Assembly: GCA_049999805.1 (NCBI GenBank)
Contig: JBNGIO010002906.1
Span: 1-32,010, forward strand
Direction: 5' to 3'
From: Folioceros fuciformis
Taxonomy: Eukaryota
DNA length: 32,010 nucleotides
Shown in pieces: positions 18,848 through 30,531 of this stretch. Position 1 is the first letter of the stretch; each line of letters begins with the position of its first letter. The translations under genes and the position numbers were made by a program. The notes below the pieces were generated by a model that saw only the letters and a program-made list of their open reading frames with translations, was not told the origin of the DNA and searched no databases.

Positions 18848-21484
18848 ATGGGGAGCAGGTTGCGGGACATGATCCGCTCCGTTCGGGCATGTAAGACTGC
18901 CGCGCAGGAGCGGGCAGTGATCGCCAAGGAATGTGCGGTGCTCAGGAATGCGTTCAAGGAGAATGATCAAGACTACAGACATCGGAATGTTGCCAAGCTC
19001 ATGTTCATCCATATGCTAGGTTATCCCACGCACTTTGGTCAAATGGAGTGCCTGAAGCTCATTGCCACGTCCGGGTTTCCGGAGAAGCGGATAGGATATC
19101 TGGGGCTCATGCTGCTTCTTGATGAGAGGCAGGAGGTGCTGATGTTGGTCACCAATTCGTTGAAGAATGATCTGAGCCACGCCAACCAGTTCATCGTGGG
19201 GCTTGCGTTGTGTGCGCTGGGGAATATTTGTACCGCTGAAATGGCACGTGACCTTGCTCCCGAGGTAGAGAGGCTGTTGCACAGCAGCAACCCTTACATC
19301 CGGAAGAAGGCAGCTCTGTGCTCGGTGCGGGTAATCAGGAAGGTACCTGACCTGGTGGAGTACTTCACCCCAGGGGCTACGGGGCTTCTGTCGGAGAAGC
19401 ATCATGGAGTGCTGCTAGCGGGTGTGAAGCTTGCCACCGAGCTTTGCCTGGCGAGCCCCACAGCTTTGGAGCACTTCAGGAAGCAGACGGCGTCGGTTAT
19501 TCGGGTTCTCAAGAACTATTTAGTCAGTGGTTACGCGCCGGAGTTCGATGTGGGTGGGATTACGGATCCGTTTCTACAGGTTAGGATTCTGAGATTGCTT
19601 CGCCTTCTTGGAGAAGGTGACCCGGAGTGCAGCGATATCATGAGTGACATCCTGGCCCAGGTTGCCACAAATACGGAGTCCAATAAAAATGCAGGAAATG
19701 CTGTTCTGTACGAGTGTGTGCAGACGATCATGGGTATAGAAGCCATCGGAGGGTTGCGTGTGCTTGCCATCAACATATTGGGGAAGTTCCTGTCCAACCG
19801 GGACAACAACATCCGGTATGTGGCCCTCAACACTCTGGTCAATGTTGTGTCCGTGGATACCCAGGCTGTCCAGCGGCATCGTGCCACCATAGTGGAATGT
19901 GTGAAGGACTCGGATGTTTCGATCCGAAGAAGAGCGCTGGATCTGGTCTATGCTCTTGTGAACGAGAACAATATCATCACGCTCTCTAAGGAGCTCTTGG
20001 AGTACCTGAAGGTGAGCGACACCGAGTTCAAGGGTGATCTCACTGCCAAAATATGCTCCCTTGTCCAGAAGTATGCTCCTGATAAAGTGTGGTATATTGA
20101 CCACATGATAAAAGTGATGGTGGAGGCAGGTGCCTATGTGAAGGATGAAGTGGTTAGAGCTCTGGTGGTACTTATCACCAATGCACCTGATCTTCACAGA
20201 TATTCGGTCAGATCTTTATATCAAGCCTTCCACAGCTGGAGAGGACAGGAAAGTCTGGCACAAGTGACTGTCTGGTGCATCGGGGAGTATGGGGAAATGC
20301 TTGTCAATCATCACGCTGAACTGCGAGAAGACCATACAACAGTGACGGAATCTGATGCTGTGGATGTTCTGGAGTCAGTCTTGAAGGATGCTCGAGTCAG
20401 TTCTGCAACGTATGCCTATGCATTGACAGCACTACTCAAGCTCGCCTCCAGACTTCCATCTTGTGCAGGGCGCATTAAAGGGTTGATTGGACAGTACAAG
20501 GGAAGTTTAATTCTGGAATTGCAGCAGCGGTCCATAGAGTTTGGGGCAATTTTGAGCAAGCATGAGAAGATAAAGGGTGCCCTTCTCGAGAGGATGCCTG
20601 TGCTAGACGAAGCAGCTTATTCTATCAAACAGGGCGACTCAGGCGACTATGGTAGCCCAGATGGGATACCAAACTTATTGGGAGAAGTGACTACGAATGG
20701 GCCTAGCAAGGCAGTGCCTGTGGTTCCTCTCATGGATCTTGTTGACTTGAATGGTGAGGATGAGACACCACAGCCACAAGGGCGATCAGCTGCAGACAGT
20801 TTGTTGTTGGATCTTCTGGGGGCTGGGCCGGCAAGCACTCTGAATGCCATGTCTTCTCCAGTGCATGCTTCAGTGGGTGGTGCAGACTTGCTTCTAGACA
20901 TCCTGTCTCTGGACACGCCTGCTGTTGCGACTGTAACCTCTGCAAATCATCACTCCAACAACAACTCATCATCTTTGCTTCAGAATGTTGGCACAGTACC
21001 TGCTAAGACGACTTCCATTGAGGATGTATTGGGTAGTAGTCAGCACAGCTTAACAGCTGGCATGGCTGATCTCTTGGGTGGCGATGATATGTTTGGGCCC
21101 CCGGTTTCAGCTGTTGCCCTCTCTTTTCCTTCAATTGTAGCTTTCAAGAGCCCTTCCTTGCAAGTTACTTTTGATTTCACAAAAGAGTCTTCAAGCCCGC
21201 GAAGTACAACAGTCCGGGCGACGTACACAAATTCTAGTTCGATATCTTACAGTGACTTCATATTTCAGGCTGCTGTTCCGAAGTTTATGCAGTTGCAACT
21301 TGAGCCTGCCAGTGGAAGTGTACTCCCAGCCTCCGGTGAGGGGAGTTTAGTGCAGGTGATCAAAGTGACAAATTCTTTGCATGGCCAAAAACCTTTGGCT
21401 ATGAAGCTTAAAATATGTTACAAGCGCAATGGCCAAGATGTCGTGGAACAGGGACAGGTCAGCAATTTTCCTGCTGGGTTGTAG
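18848..21484 (+). CDS. AP1G: AP-1 complex subunit gamma (gamma-adaptin), single-exon CDS, 878 aa
   Basis: RLRDMIRSVRACKTAAQER, RHRNVAKLMFIHMLGYPTHFGQMECLKL, ITDPFLQVRILRLLRLLG, ELQQRSIEF, a low-complexity hinge and the ear domain FIFQAAVPKFMQLQL..GQVSNFP. Confidence 0.97.
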   Translation: MGSRLRDMIRSVRACKTAAQERAVIAKECAVLRNAFKENDQDYRHRNVAKLMFIHMLGYPTHFGQMECLKLIATSGFPEKRIGYLGLMLLLDERQEVLMLVTNSLKNDLSHANQFIVGLALCALGNICTAEMARDLAPEVERLLHSSNPYIRKKAALCSVRVIRKVPDLVEYFTPGATGLLSEKHHGVLLAGVKLATELCLASPTALEHFRKQTASVIRVLKNYLVSGYAPEFDVGGITDPFLQVRILRLLRLLGEGDPECSDIMSDILAQVATNTESNKNAGNAVLYECVQTIMGIEAIGGLRVLAINILGKFLSNRDNNIRYVALNTLVNVVSVDTQAVQRHRATIVECVKDSDVSIRRRALDLVYALVNENNIITLSKELLEYLKVSDTEFKGDLTAKICSLVQKYAPDKVWYIDHMIKVMVEAGAYVKDEVVRALVVLITNAPDLHRYSVRSLYQAFHSWRGQESLAQVTVWCIGEYGEMLVNHHAELREDHTTVTESDAVDVLESVLKDARVSSATYAYALTALLKLASRLPSCAGRIKGLIGQYKGSLILELQQRSIEFGAILSKHEKIKGALLERMPVLDEAAYSIKQGDSGDYGSPDGIPNLLGEVTTNGPSKAVPVVPLMDLVDLNGEDETPQPQGRSAADSLLLDLLGAGPASTLNAMSSPVHASVGGADLLLDILSLDTPAVATVTSANHHSNNNSSSLLQNVGTVPAKTTSIEDVLGSSQHSLTAGMADLLGGDDMFGPPVSAVALSFPSIVAFKSPSLQVTFDFTKESSSPRSTTVRATYTNSSSISYSDFIFQAAVPKFMQLQLEPASGSVLPASGEGSLVQVIKVTNSLHGQKPLAMKLKICYKRNGQDVVEQGQVSNFPAGL

Positions 21485-23098
21485 CGGTCGCAGGGTGGAT
21501 TATGGATTAGCACACAAATCATAGGAGTTCCGACTCTCGTAATATGGACAGCCTCCTTCAACGTCGTGCTGCTTCTTGAGTTGACACTTCTTGTGAACCA
21601 CATTGCAGCACACAAAATGCTAAGTGGTACATCCGTCGGGATGTGTAGGATGTGAGTGGTCCAGATGGTATCGGTTCACTAAGCATAAGGATGGGGGGCA
21701 TGATGGATGAATATAGTTTGGGGAGAGGTCGTCTGAACAGGAAGGATGCCTGAGGAGGAATGGTACATCGACCTTTACAACCTTGTACGTGATTTGAAGT
21801 GTGAAAGTTTTATTCTACAAGAGGCTGTGTGAAGAGTTCGAAGAATACTCGGTTTTTTACTGCGAATCTTTTGCTTCTTAGTACAGTAGCTGCTGCGCGG
21901 AGGGTTAGGTTCATCTGAGGATGGACCTTTGTCATGGATGGCAAGTTGGACCAAGCACGTAGATACACAGTGGCTGTTTTGCTGCTGTTGGTTTGCTGGG
22001 ATAGCAGACTGGTTAGCTCGTTGGAATTGGGTTAGGCAGCTGTAGATAGGCGTAAGTGGAAGGTGAGAAAAATCTGCACACCCATTTGTGGTGAATTGAG
22101 TTAGAGGTGGTCACCCTCACATGGTGTCTCTGTTTTGCTCCAGCCGAGCAAGGTACGCGGGGTATCGAAAGAGACGAGTAACTTGCATTTTAAGGGTTTC
22201 GAGCGCCAGCGCTTTCATCATTTTGTGATATTAGGGTTTAGGGTCAAGCTGAGGTTGAAGTCAAAGGCCGCTTCTTCAGGGAATTACACATCGTAGAGGG
22301 ATTGTTTAAGTTGCTGAAGAGAAAAAACCCCAAAGCCTGGAACCTTGCCCTGCTTGAACTGTTAGCTCCAGCCACGGGCAGAGTCGCTGTGAACCTTCGT
22401 TCCTCCCTCGTTCTTGTTGGGAATCATAGAGTGTGCTATGAAATACCCTTGATATTGTGTTTGCCGAATTTCAAGGTTGCAATTAGGGGTCATAGGTTGC
22501 TTGTCACCGGTTTTTTTTTTGTTAGCATCATCATTTAGTTTTGTGAGAAGTATTCCAACAGCACAGTTATTAGACCACACCTGCCATCTTTATGTGTATG
22601 GACACCTAACTTCTGTATATACATGTGCATACTAGTCTGATCGGGAAAAGCAGCGATGTGACTAGTTAGTTGAGTGAACAATTCCGAGGCACGAGTCTGT
22701 CCGTCCGGTGGTACTTGGTAAGCACGAGATTTCATGAATGATGAATAAAATGCACTCACCGGTGTATATTCCTGCAAAAGGCAAGACGAATTTACCTAAT
22801 CAAACTAGTGGGGAGCGGGAGAAAGTTGGAAGTTGCAACCATAGGAGGCTGACTCTGTAGAGCTCTCCTAGTCGTTGAAGGAAACGTGTTTCCATGTTTT
22901 GCTAGCATCTCATGCATACACTTTTGGATTAGCCCATAGTGGGGCCCTGGTTTTGCAACGCTGCTGACGTGGCTGATCCTGAACATCCAAACCCCACCCA
23001 ACCCGTATGAGGTGTAAAAGGACCAGGCTGTGAGACCAGCTCCTGCCGCAGTAAGGTTGTATCTTCCAGAATCCAACATTCTTGTCTTGTTTCTTCAT

Positions 23099-23120
23099 GA
23101 GGAGGAGGAGGAGGAGGAGA
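23099..23120. repeat. (GGA)n microsatellite
   Basis: About 7 GGA/GAG units just downstream of the RING gene stop. Confidence 0.85.
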
Positions 23121-23199
23121 TAGAGGCAATCGATGGATAATGCGAAAATTTTGAAGTAAGTACAGCTCTATTATGTGAAAAATTTGAAGTAAATAATTG

Positions 23200-24441
23200 C
23201 TACGTTGTAGTAGGGAAGGAGCTGGTTGTTGCATCCTCCAAGTCCGCAACATGATGCGACGCCTGGGCCTCTGCCGTGGAGTCCCCCGATTGCAGAGCCA
23301 ATGCTTGAGGGCGAGATAAGCTCCTGAGGAGGGAGGGATCCCGCTTCATGGAATTCCGAAGCCTCTCTGTGAAGGAGTGCCTGCGGTCATACGAGATTGA
23401 AAGGGGAGCCGACCCATGTCCCACCCTCGTCTGCTCTCTTTCCAAGCTGAAGGCCGGCTTCGCAGGCCTAGGCGGCGTGACGGACTCCTGCCCCGCAACA
23501 TCGGGGCCAGCCCACCGGATGTCCTCCGACCCCGGCCTCCGCTTCCTGCTGCTTCCCAGCATGTGCCCCTCCGCTTCCTGCTCGGACTCCAGCTCCCCCG
23601 ACTGCTCCGGCGCAACCTCCACGGCCACGTGCTCCTCAACGGAGCATCCTTCTCTCGCTGATTGCGAGATCTCCCCCCCAACGGCATGCTGGCACCCCAC
23701 CGTGCCCGATTCGGAGGCCGCGGTCTCATGCCCGGCCTGTGATTCCACACCGGGAGGCGAAGGAGGCGCCAGCGCTGCGTCCTGAGAAAGCACTGTGAGC
23801 GAAACGGCCAGCCCAGGGTTGTTCCCATTGGAATCTCCTCCTTGAGAGCCGTCTACCTGGTATCTTCCGCTCAGCAGCGACAGCATCCGTCTCAGAGATG
23901 ATTGCTTCTTCACCTGGATGTTGGACCTGCAGATGGGGCAGGATGTGTGAGAGAGGAGCCAGGTGTCCACGCACTCTTGGTGGAACACGTGATTGCATCC
24001 GGGCAGCAGCCGCACTCCCTCCCCTTCCTGGTACTCGTTCAAGCACACAGAGCAGTCCCCGATGTGGCCCTTGAGACCTACTGAGTCCGGCAAGCCCCCC
24101 TTCTTGTAGCTGAAGAAAGGAAGAGTCTGAATGAAGGCTGCGTCCAGCCCTTGCCCCACCCGTAAGAGAGGCTCCACCGGATTCACGGGCAACGCTGTCT
24201 CCGCCGCCTGGCTCCTCGACGTCCTGTGAGCTCCCAGCTGGAGGTTTGCGTTTTGCTGGTTCCGAATGTCCAAGCATAGCTGCCTGGTTCTGACGAGGAA
24301 GATCACGATGAACACGGTCATGACGAAGATGAAGAGGAAGCCCAGGACCGCATACTGAGGGAATCCTTTGGTATTTTGAGGAAATAATGCTTCCCCGCTT
24401 GCACACGTACTCGGGACAGTGCTACAACCGGGGGAAGTCAT
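23200..24441 (-). CDS. ATL-family RING-H2 E3 ubiquitin ligase, single exon, 413 aa from the first ATG
   Basis: N-terminal transmembrane segment (AVLGFLFIFVMTVFIVIFLV), GLD motif (GLDAAFIQTLPFFSY) and RING-H2 CSVCLNEY..LLPGCNHVFHQECVDTWL..HTSCPICR. The ORF track starts at TTG 24483; the first ATG is at 24441. Confidence 0.92.
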   Translation of the reverse strand: MTSPGCSTVPSTCASGEALFPQNTKGFPQYAVLGFLFIFVMTVFIVIFLVRTRQLCLDIRNQQNANLQLGAHRTSRSQAAETALPVNPVEPLLRVGQGLDAAFIQTLPFFSYKKGGLPDSVGLKGHIGDCSVCLNEYQEGEGVRLLPGCNHVFHQECVDTWLLSHTSCPICRSNIQVKKQSSLRRMLSLLSGRYQVDGSQGGDSNGNNPGLAVSLTVLSQDAALAPPSPPGVESQAGHETAASESGTVGCQHAVGGEISQSAREGCSVEEHVAVEVAPEQSGELESEQEAEGHMLGSSRKRRPGSEDIRWAGPDVAGQESVTPPRPAKPAFSLEREQTRVGHGSAPLSISYDRRHSFTERLRNSMKRDPSLLRSLSRPQALALQSGDSTAEAQASHHVADLEDATTSSFPTTT

Positions 24442-25977
24442 GCTGCCAGCCAGCACCTCTATTGTTCCATTCGATGTCTTCAAGGCCCTAAGGTTTTGTG
24501 AACCAACCTTCTGTCGCTACGATGACCTCATCTCTCACTCGCGTGGGTCACAAGACTCTGCGCAATCGTTCTCCTGGCTGAAGTCTTGTCTTGTAGAGCT
24601 AGGCCAATTTCTGTTTCTCGACGAGGCTAGGCAGCTCCAGTCCTCTCCACTTTTGAGCCTGCACCCTGGATCTTCGAGGTTCCAACCAATTATCACATAA
24701 GCCTCACAACAACATTAATTACTGTGTGCCTGCTGCCGGACACAGAGTTCGACAAAGCACAGCCACTGACAACAACCCGATCCAACCAGAAGGGACCTAA
24801 GCCTAAGCAAGCTATCCAGGGAGAAATTAGTTCCAGACACTGCTTCATCGCAAGTTCCTACATCCATGAGAGTAAAATTGAATCGAAGGTTACAGAAGCA
24901 GGGGATGTAGCATAAAGGTTCTCGAGTCTTGAGCTAAAGAGAAGCATTGGCCAGGGAAGAATGCTGGACACGCCACAGCTGTGACATAACGGCTACATAG
25001 CGAAGCCCGAATTAGTACCAGCTGTTGAAGACGAGGTGGTGAAAGACGACAGTTGAGTAACTGAGTGCTGGAGTGCTGAAGAATAACCCGAGTCGGAAGC
25101 AGGGCATGACCCTCGGCATGCAGATATCGGTCCTGAGACCGCCCAGAGGAGGGCATGAGCAGTGTGACCGCTGGGGAAGGAGGAGCTGAAGACTTGTCAA
25201 AAGGATTTCGGGCTATGCAGGAAGGAAAGAGGAGGGGAAAGAGAGGCGAAATAGGCACCGAAGTCGGCACAGAATTCGGGGGCAGCGAGAGTGTGATGTT
25301 ATGGAGCTCAATGATGGCAGCAAGCTGGCACGGAAACTTGGGGTTGGGGAGAACCTTCTTTCGCAGCACCTGTGTCATTAAATAAAAAGTTGGCTGTCCG
25401 GGGACCTAGGCTTCAGCTGCCGGCCTGATCAGACCCCGAGGCGGTCAATGCTTGACTCCTCGGCACCTGTCCTCCGTGACCGTGCCCTACGCGCACGCTT
25501 CCAAGTCAAGAAGGGTAGCTTACCGCCAACCGCTCCTTCCGGGATTCTTCACCGGCCACCACAGGTTGCCGACTCTGACTGTTTCTCGAACGCCGAGCGG
25601 CAGACGCTTTGGCAGCCTGCTTTCACTGCCGCGTCCTGCCTTTCCTCAACCGAGAGGATCTAGTTGAGCCGGATAAGCTGAATTTGTTCGCAACTCAGCT
25701 CCAGGATCCCGTCTTTTGGTTGTGCACGCTGGTGGAAAGCGTTTTGTTTGATTTCCATGGGAGCTTTCTATTTTTGTTTGCTGTGCTGTGGGTAGAAGGA
25801 GCCTGGGGTTATACTTGCGACAGGCGCAGGCGCAAGTGCAAGTGCAAGTCCCAGCGCAGGCAGGCTTTCGGGATCCAGCGGCTGAAAAGACCTGCACCGG
25901 TCCTGATGCATGTGCTGGAGCATCGGATTGAACTGTTTGCAGTCGAGTTTGGATCTTGAAAAGCAGTGGTGGAAGAG

Positions 25978-27078
25978 ATGGCGCTCTTGCTAGTAAACTG
26001 CAGTCAGTGTAGAACTCCCTTGCAGCTTCCGCCAGGTACGTCTGTGATTCGGTGTGCACTCTGCCAGGCCGTAACCTCAGTGACAGCGCCGCGAGAAGGT
26101 GTGTCACATCCCGGGTATCCGGCTCCTCCGGTTCCTTACCAGCAGGCAGCTTCCAGCGGGGCGCATCTCTACGGTCAGCCAACTCCTACTCAGTACGCTC
26201 CGGCGCCTCCGCAAGCCCATGGCTCCAAGAGAGCCGTCATCGTCGGCATCTCGTATCGCTACACACGTCATGAGCTCAAGGGATGCATCAACGATGCCAT
26301 GTGCATGCGGTACATGCTCATCAACAGGTTCAAGTTTCCGGAGTCCTCTATTCTCGTCTTAACGGAGGACGAGGTTGACCCGCTGAGGAAGCCTATCAGG
26401 CATAATATTCTCATGGCGCTACACTGGCTCGTGCTTGGAAACAAGGCTGGAGATTCTTTGCTTTTCCACTTCTCAGGTCACGGCTCGCAGACGCCCAACT
26501 ACCGAGGGGAAGAGGCCGATGGTTATGACGAGACAATCTGTCCACAAGACTTTGATACGGCAGGGATGATTGTGGACGATGAGATAAACGATAGAATTGT
26601 CAGACCCTTGGTTCCGGGAGCGAGACTGCATGCCATAATTGATGCCTGTCATAGTGGGACGGTGCTGGACTTGCCATTTCTCTGCAGGTTTAATCGAATG
26701 GGACAATTTCAGTGGGAGGATCATCGGCCTCGTTCAGGCAAATGGACAGGCACCAGCGGTGGGCAGGCCTACTCTTTCAGTGGCTGTGACGACAACCAGA
26801 CTTCTGCTGATACTTCAGCTCTTTCCAAGATCACCTCTACAGGAGCCATGACCTTTTGTTTCATACAAGCTGTAGAACAAGGAGCGGCAACTTACGGAGC
26901 TGTGCTCAATGCCATGCGCTATGCAATCCGGGAGGCGGATTCAAAGCTGAGCTCTGGTGGGCCTGTCAGCTCCCTGTTTGAAATGCTTCTCACTGGTGGC
27001 AGTTACAACCGGATGACTCAAGAGCCCCAACTCACTGCCTCTCATATGTTCGACATCAACTCTCACTTCTATCTGTGA
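25978..27078 (+). CDS. Type I metacaspase (MC1-like) with LSD1-type zinc finger and Pro-rich prodomain, single-exon CDS, 366 aa
   Basis: CSQCRTPLQLPPG..IRCALC, ELKGCINDA, HFSGHG (catalytic His), DGYDETICP, DACHSG (catalytic Cys), SGCDDNQTSADT and QEPQL. Confidence 0.96.
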   Translation: MALLLVNCSQCRTPLQLPPGTSVIRCALCQAVTSVTAPREGVSHPGYPAPPVPYQQAASSGAHLYGQPTPTQYAPAPPQAHGSKRAVIVGISYRYTRHELKGCINDAMCMRYMLINRFKFPESSILVLTEDEVDPLRKPIRHNILMALHWLVLGNKAGDSLLFHFSGHGSQTPNYRGEEADGYDETICPQDFDTAGMIVDDEINDRIVRPLVPGARLHAIIDACHSGTVLDLPFLCRFNRMGQFQWEDHRPRSGKWTGTSGGQAYSFSGCDDNQTSADTSALSKITSTGAMTFCFIQAVEQGAATYGAVLNAMRYAIREADSKLSSGGPVSSLFEMLLTGGSYNRMTQEPQLTASHMFDINSHFYL

Positions 27079-27591
27079 ATAGTCCAGTTATCCGTCTACG
27101 TACTACTTCGACTTTGGGAGAGGCTTGTTGTTCTGTTTTATCCTTTCCTTTGGTGATGAGCATACGTCGGCCTTCATTCAGCGACATAATATTGACATCA
27201 ATGTGTCTCGGATCACACCAGGTTTTGCATTTGCTGAAATGCCAGCAGAGCGAGCTTTAAAGTTATGAGAATGACGTCCAAGTACAGTGAGCGCTACATG
27301 ACGGTTTGTACGAATGCCGATGGGCGAGAATGTTCCAGGACATAAATTGTATGATTTGATTGTGAGTTCTTCCTATGAAACATGCATTTCCCCTCGGCCG
27401 CGACCCAACAAGGCGTCCTAAACCAGATAGAGTCAACTAGTCAGGACAAACTGGTCTGGGAACATGCAGCACTATAATAAAGACAGCGGCAAGTATAAGT
27501 TGGCTCTTGTGCCCAAGAACTTCTCGATTTAAGAGCACAAAATGTACACCCGAGGAATGAAGTTGGTGATCGTTGTTTTCCGAGTCGCTCG

Positions 27592-30172
27592 TCATACTAC
27601 CGGAAGTCTCGCCCAGTCCGGAAGAGGACATTCGTAGCTCCATTTCTCACATGAATATTTGACGCAATGCAACCAGATCCCAACGACGTCCTCTTCGTAT
27701 CTGCACAAGCAATACCAGACTAAGATTTACGCTTCCACAGAGTCAGCTCTCTTTATCAATCTCGCTAGAGAGATTTACCCGGCAGGTTCCCAATTCGGAC
27801 AATGTGTGCAAAGGGGATCTGCTGTAAACTCAGTTACTGAGCTTCTTAGGAAAGGATGTAAACTTCCAGCATCCTGTTTCGCTTCTCCTCCTGCTTTACT
27901 ACATTCAATCATCAGATCCGCGTCCGTTTTCCCTTGTATCTGACCTGGTTCCGTTTTTTAACAGACGTTATCAACAATGTGAACTCCACGGACTGTCCTC
28001 TGGGGTTTACCCCTGCTGCTGGAAGAGACCCAACCTGGAGGAGAAGTAGTTTCGGTTGAAATGCTTGAGCGACGTTCAACAGGGCTGTCAGCACCTCTAG
28101 CTGCTACTTGATCAGCTGTTGTTTCTTCTTTTGACCTCCTTGCAACGTTCTTGTGGAGATAGAGGCCATCATTAGCAATGGGATGGCCCAAGTATTGGAG
28201 ATGAACACGGATCTATAGGGCAACTCAACCTGTTAGAGACCTATGGATAACAAAACTCTTTACCACAACGTAGGCACCAACCACAAAGAACATGATACTT
28301 GGACTCTTACCTGATGGGTTCTGCCTGTAAGAGGCATGCATTTGACAATGCTATATTTCCCATCGGTCCTAAGCCTTGAAAACCGGGTGCAGGAATCCTT
28401 GCCTTGTCTGCCAGCCTCCTCAGGTGCGTGCTGAAGACGTTTGAAATGTGCAGTGAGCGCAAAGATGCCAAGGCAGTCAAGCAGCTGGGTAAGAATGCCT
28501 TGTACTTTCCATAATAAGTGCAATAGCCAAGACCAGGGCATCTTGTACCTCCACAGTGCTGAGACCCTCGCGCGCGTCATACAAAACTGGAGCGTTCACT
28601 TCCTCCTGCGTCAATGAAATTGGTTAACAGCATTATGTAGTCGTGCCAAGTAAAAAGCAGTGGAAGAAGGGCTGCGCAAATAGGTACCTCACTTTCTGGA
28701 AACACACCCAGTACTTTGGCGACATATTCTTTCTGAACTCTTCCTGCCTCGATCTGTCAAGGAGATCAGAGTTTGCAAAAGCAGGAAAATCAGACAAAGT
28801 GTTCAGGGTATCCACGGAAGCACAAACAACTTGGTTCATGCTGTGTCACAACAATGAAGAAACGACCTCTTCCCGAAACAGATCCGCTGTGTGTGCATTC
28901 CTTGCAAGGATCAACAGACCAGATACAAGACGGTCAAGCCGATGTATGGCTGTAATCAATCAAGGCCATAAACAAAAGGCAATATGTAAACTGTACTAGA
29001 CGGCAGACTTTCTACATCATAGAACGCATTACAAAAAGCCTGCAAAGGCTAGGAGAGGGGATACGGTAAAGGGGCCCGGTTTTATGCTCGGCTTGTAGAA
29101 TTCCTATCACTGTGTTTTTCCGATACTGACCGCATGCGTGGACCTGATACATTAGACCTCAAAAAATACCCATAGCGTTAAACATAGTCTCTGCAAGAAA
29201 TTGCACCACGTGAGGAAAGGCTGTCCATAACCACCAAGTTAGCACTGATACTTACAGGGACAGAAGCAGGTTTGCATACAACCAGCACATCTGGCCCTTC
29301 CTGCAGTACTGTCACAGGCTCTGCCATCACAGGTGGTTCATGCCTAGAACCCGGGTTGTTGAGATACACCGACCAATATGCAAGCTATGCATCAGAGAAG
29401 GAATGCACATGACTAACAATGAGATACTAAACCCCAGGAAATACCTGTGCACAAAATGACTCACTGATTGGGAGTCGCGTACAACATAGCTGATTGTGAT
29501 CCTCTGCCCACCAACACGAATCCGACCACGTTCGACAGCTTTCACCTTGAAAGTGGCAGAGATCTCAGCTCCATCACGCAACTACTAACCCAGCATAGCG
29601 CATTTCAACAAATAAGTACCCAAGAACCAGGATGCAGCTAGAAAGATAGCTCACATAGTATTGAGCAGGGCGCTGTCTAAATTCATGTGAAAATAGATCA
29701 ACAATGTTCTTTCCTGCCCACCTCCTTTTTACCTGATACAAGACAAAGTGAACCAGTGCTAATCAACCGACATGTTGGCCTCGGCTGCAGGTACTTCGAG
29801 CATACACGAGGGCCAGAACTTTTCTATTCATAACGAAAATACTTTAAAAATGCTGCAAACCAGTAGGAGAAAAAACAAACGTGAGCAAGGAACTCGAAGA
29901 AATATGGCCGCACCAATCGCCTACCTGTGTAAATCATAATCCCCAGAAATCGGTCAGCACTTCATAGTTGCGATACATCGAGTTCATAAGCAACATCAAG
30001 TATCGAACTCAAACAAGCAACATCATCAAGTATCGAACACAAAGAAGCAACATCCCGTACCCTCTCTGATTATGTAATCTTCAGCGGTAGCTGGTCTGTC
30101 AGCGGTTTCCCACCGAACATTTGTATCATCCAAAACGTTACTGCCCACCCGGGAACTTGCAACCGGCAGCAT
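27592..30172 (-). CDS. RluA-family RNA pseudouridine synthase (plant 'pseudouridine synthase 7'-like), 13 exons, ~426 aa
   Basis: Manually spliced GT-AG exons with consistent phases: 30172-30061, 29924-29881, 29732-29655, 29545-29445, 29343-29256, 29143-29065, 28949-28867, 28753-28688, 28605-28549, 28430-28311, 28212-28035, 27944-27779, 27700-27592. Motifs: VRPYFFEF, KRRWAGK, HRHEPPV, VCKPASVPVH, IHRLDRLVSG (catalytic Asp), TGRTHQIRVHL, GHPIAND, DPLCTHC, IWLH. Confidence 0.9.
29988..30054. repeat. Short imperfect tandem repeat (~27-30 bp, ~2.3 copies) in intron 1 of the pseudouridine synthase
   Basis: AAGCAACATC(ATC)AAGTATCGAACWCAAAS is repeated. Confidence 0.7.
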
Positions 30173-30531
30173 GGCACACCTGGGCAAGCAAGCGACGAAT
30201 GTCAGGCTCACGCTCTCAAATTCAAATAGTTTGCTTGCTCTTTATATGTAAGTGATATCCGAACGTGAGGGTGCCCTAACTATTACTGGGATTACAGTAT
30301 GTGGTCGACGTCGTTGGTCAGTCACACAGACGAGTTCCAGAGGGATTGGGGAGGTCGATTGCTTGTGAAATATGTGTGATATTCGAGCTTGAGGCCTCCC
30401 ACACTACCGAGAGCCGGGTATGGTAGATGCGCCTCCTGTTGCCACAGGAGTTTCGAAGGTCTTTTCACCCAAGAGCTGGACTCAACATTCAGAGTTAAGG
30501 GCAAGAACATTCGACTCGCGAGGTCATGGTC

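Noticed and set aside
16730-20972. Long antisense or alternative-frame ORFs over GMPS and AP1G (for example 16730-17629, 19574-20197)
   Set aside because: They are shadows of GC-rich coding sequence with no recognisable motifs.
22231-22243. TTAGGGTTTAGGG as an interstitial telomere
   Set aside because: There are fewer than two full units; telo-box-like words are common in plant genomes.
21485-23199. Small ORFs or ncRNA between AP1G and the ATL gene
   Set aside because: I recognised no motifs, tRNA fold or convincing snoRNA boxes; the region is most simply convergent 3' UTRs.
23346-26362. Overlapping ORFs around the ATL and metacaspase (for example 23726-24406, 24890-25378, 25646-26182)
   Set aside because: They are alternative frames or UTR/promoter sequence with low-complexity translations and no domain evidence.
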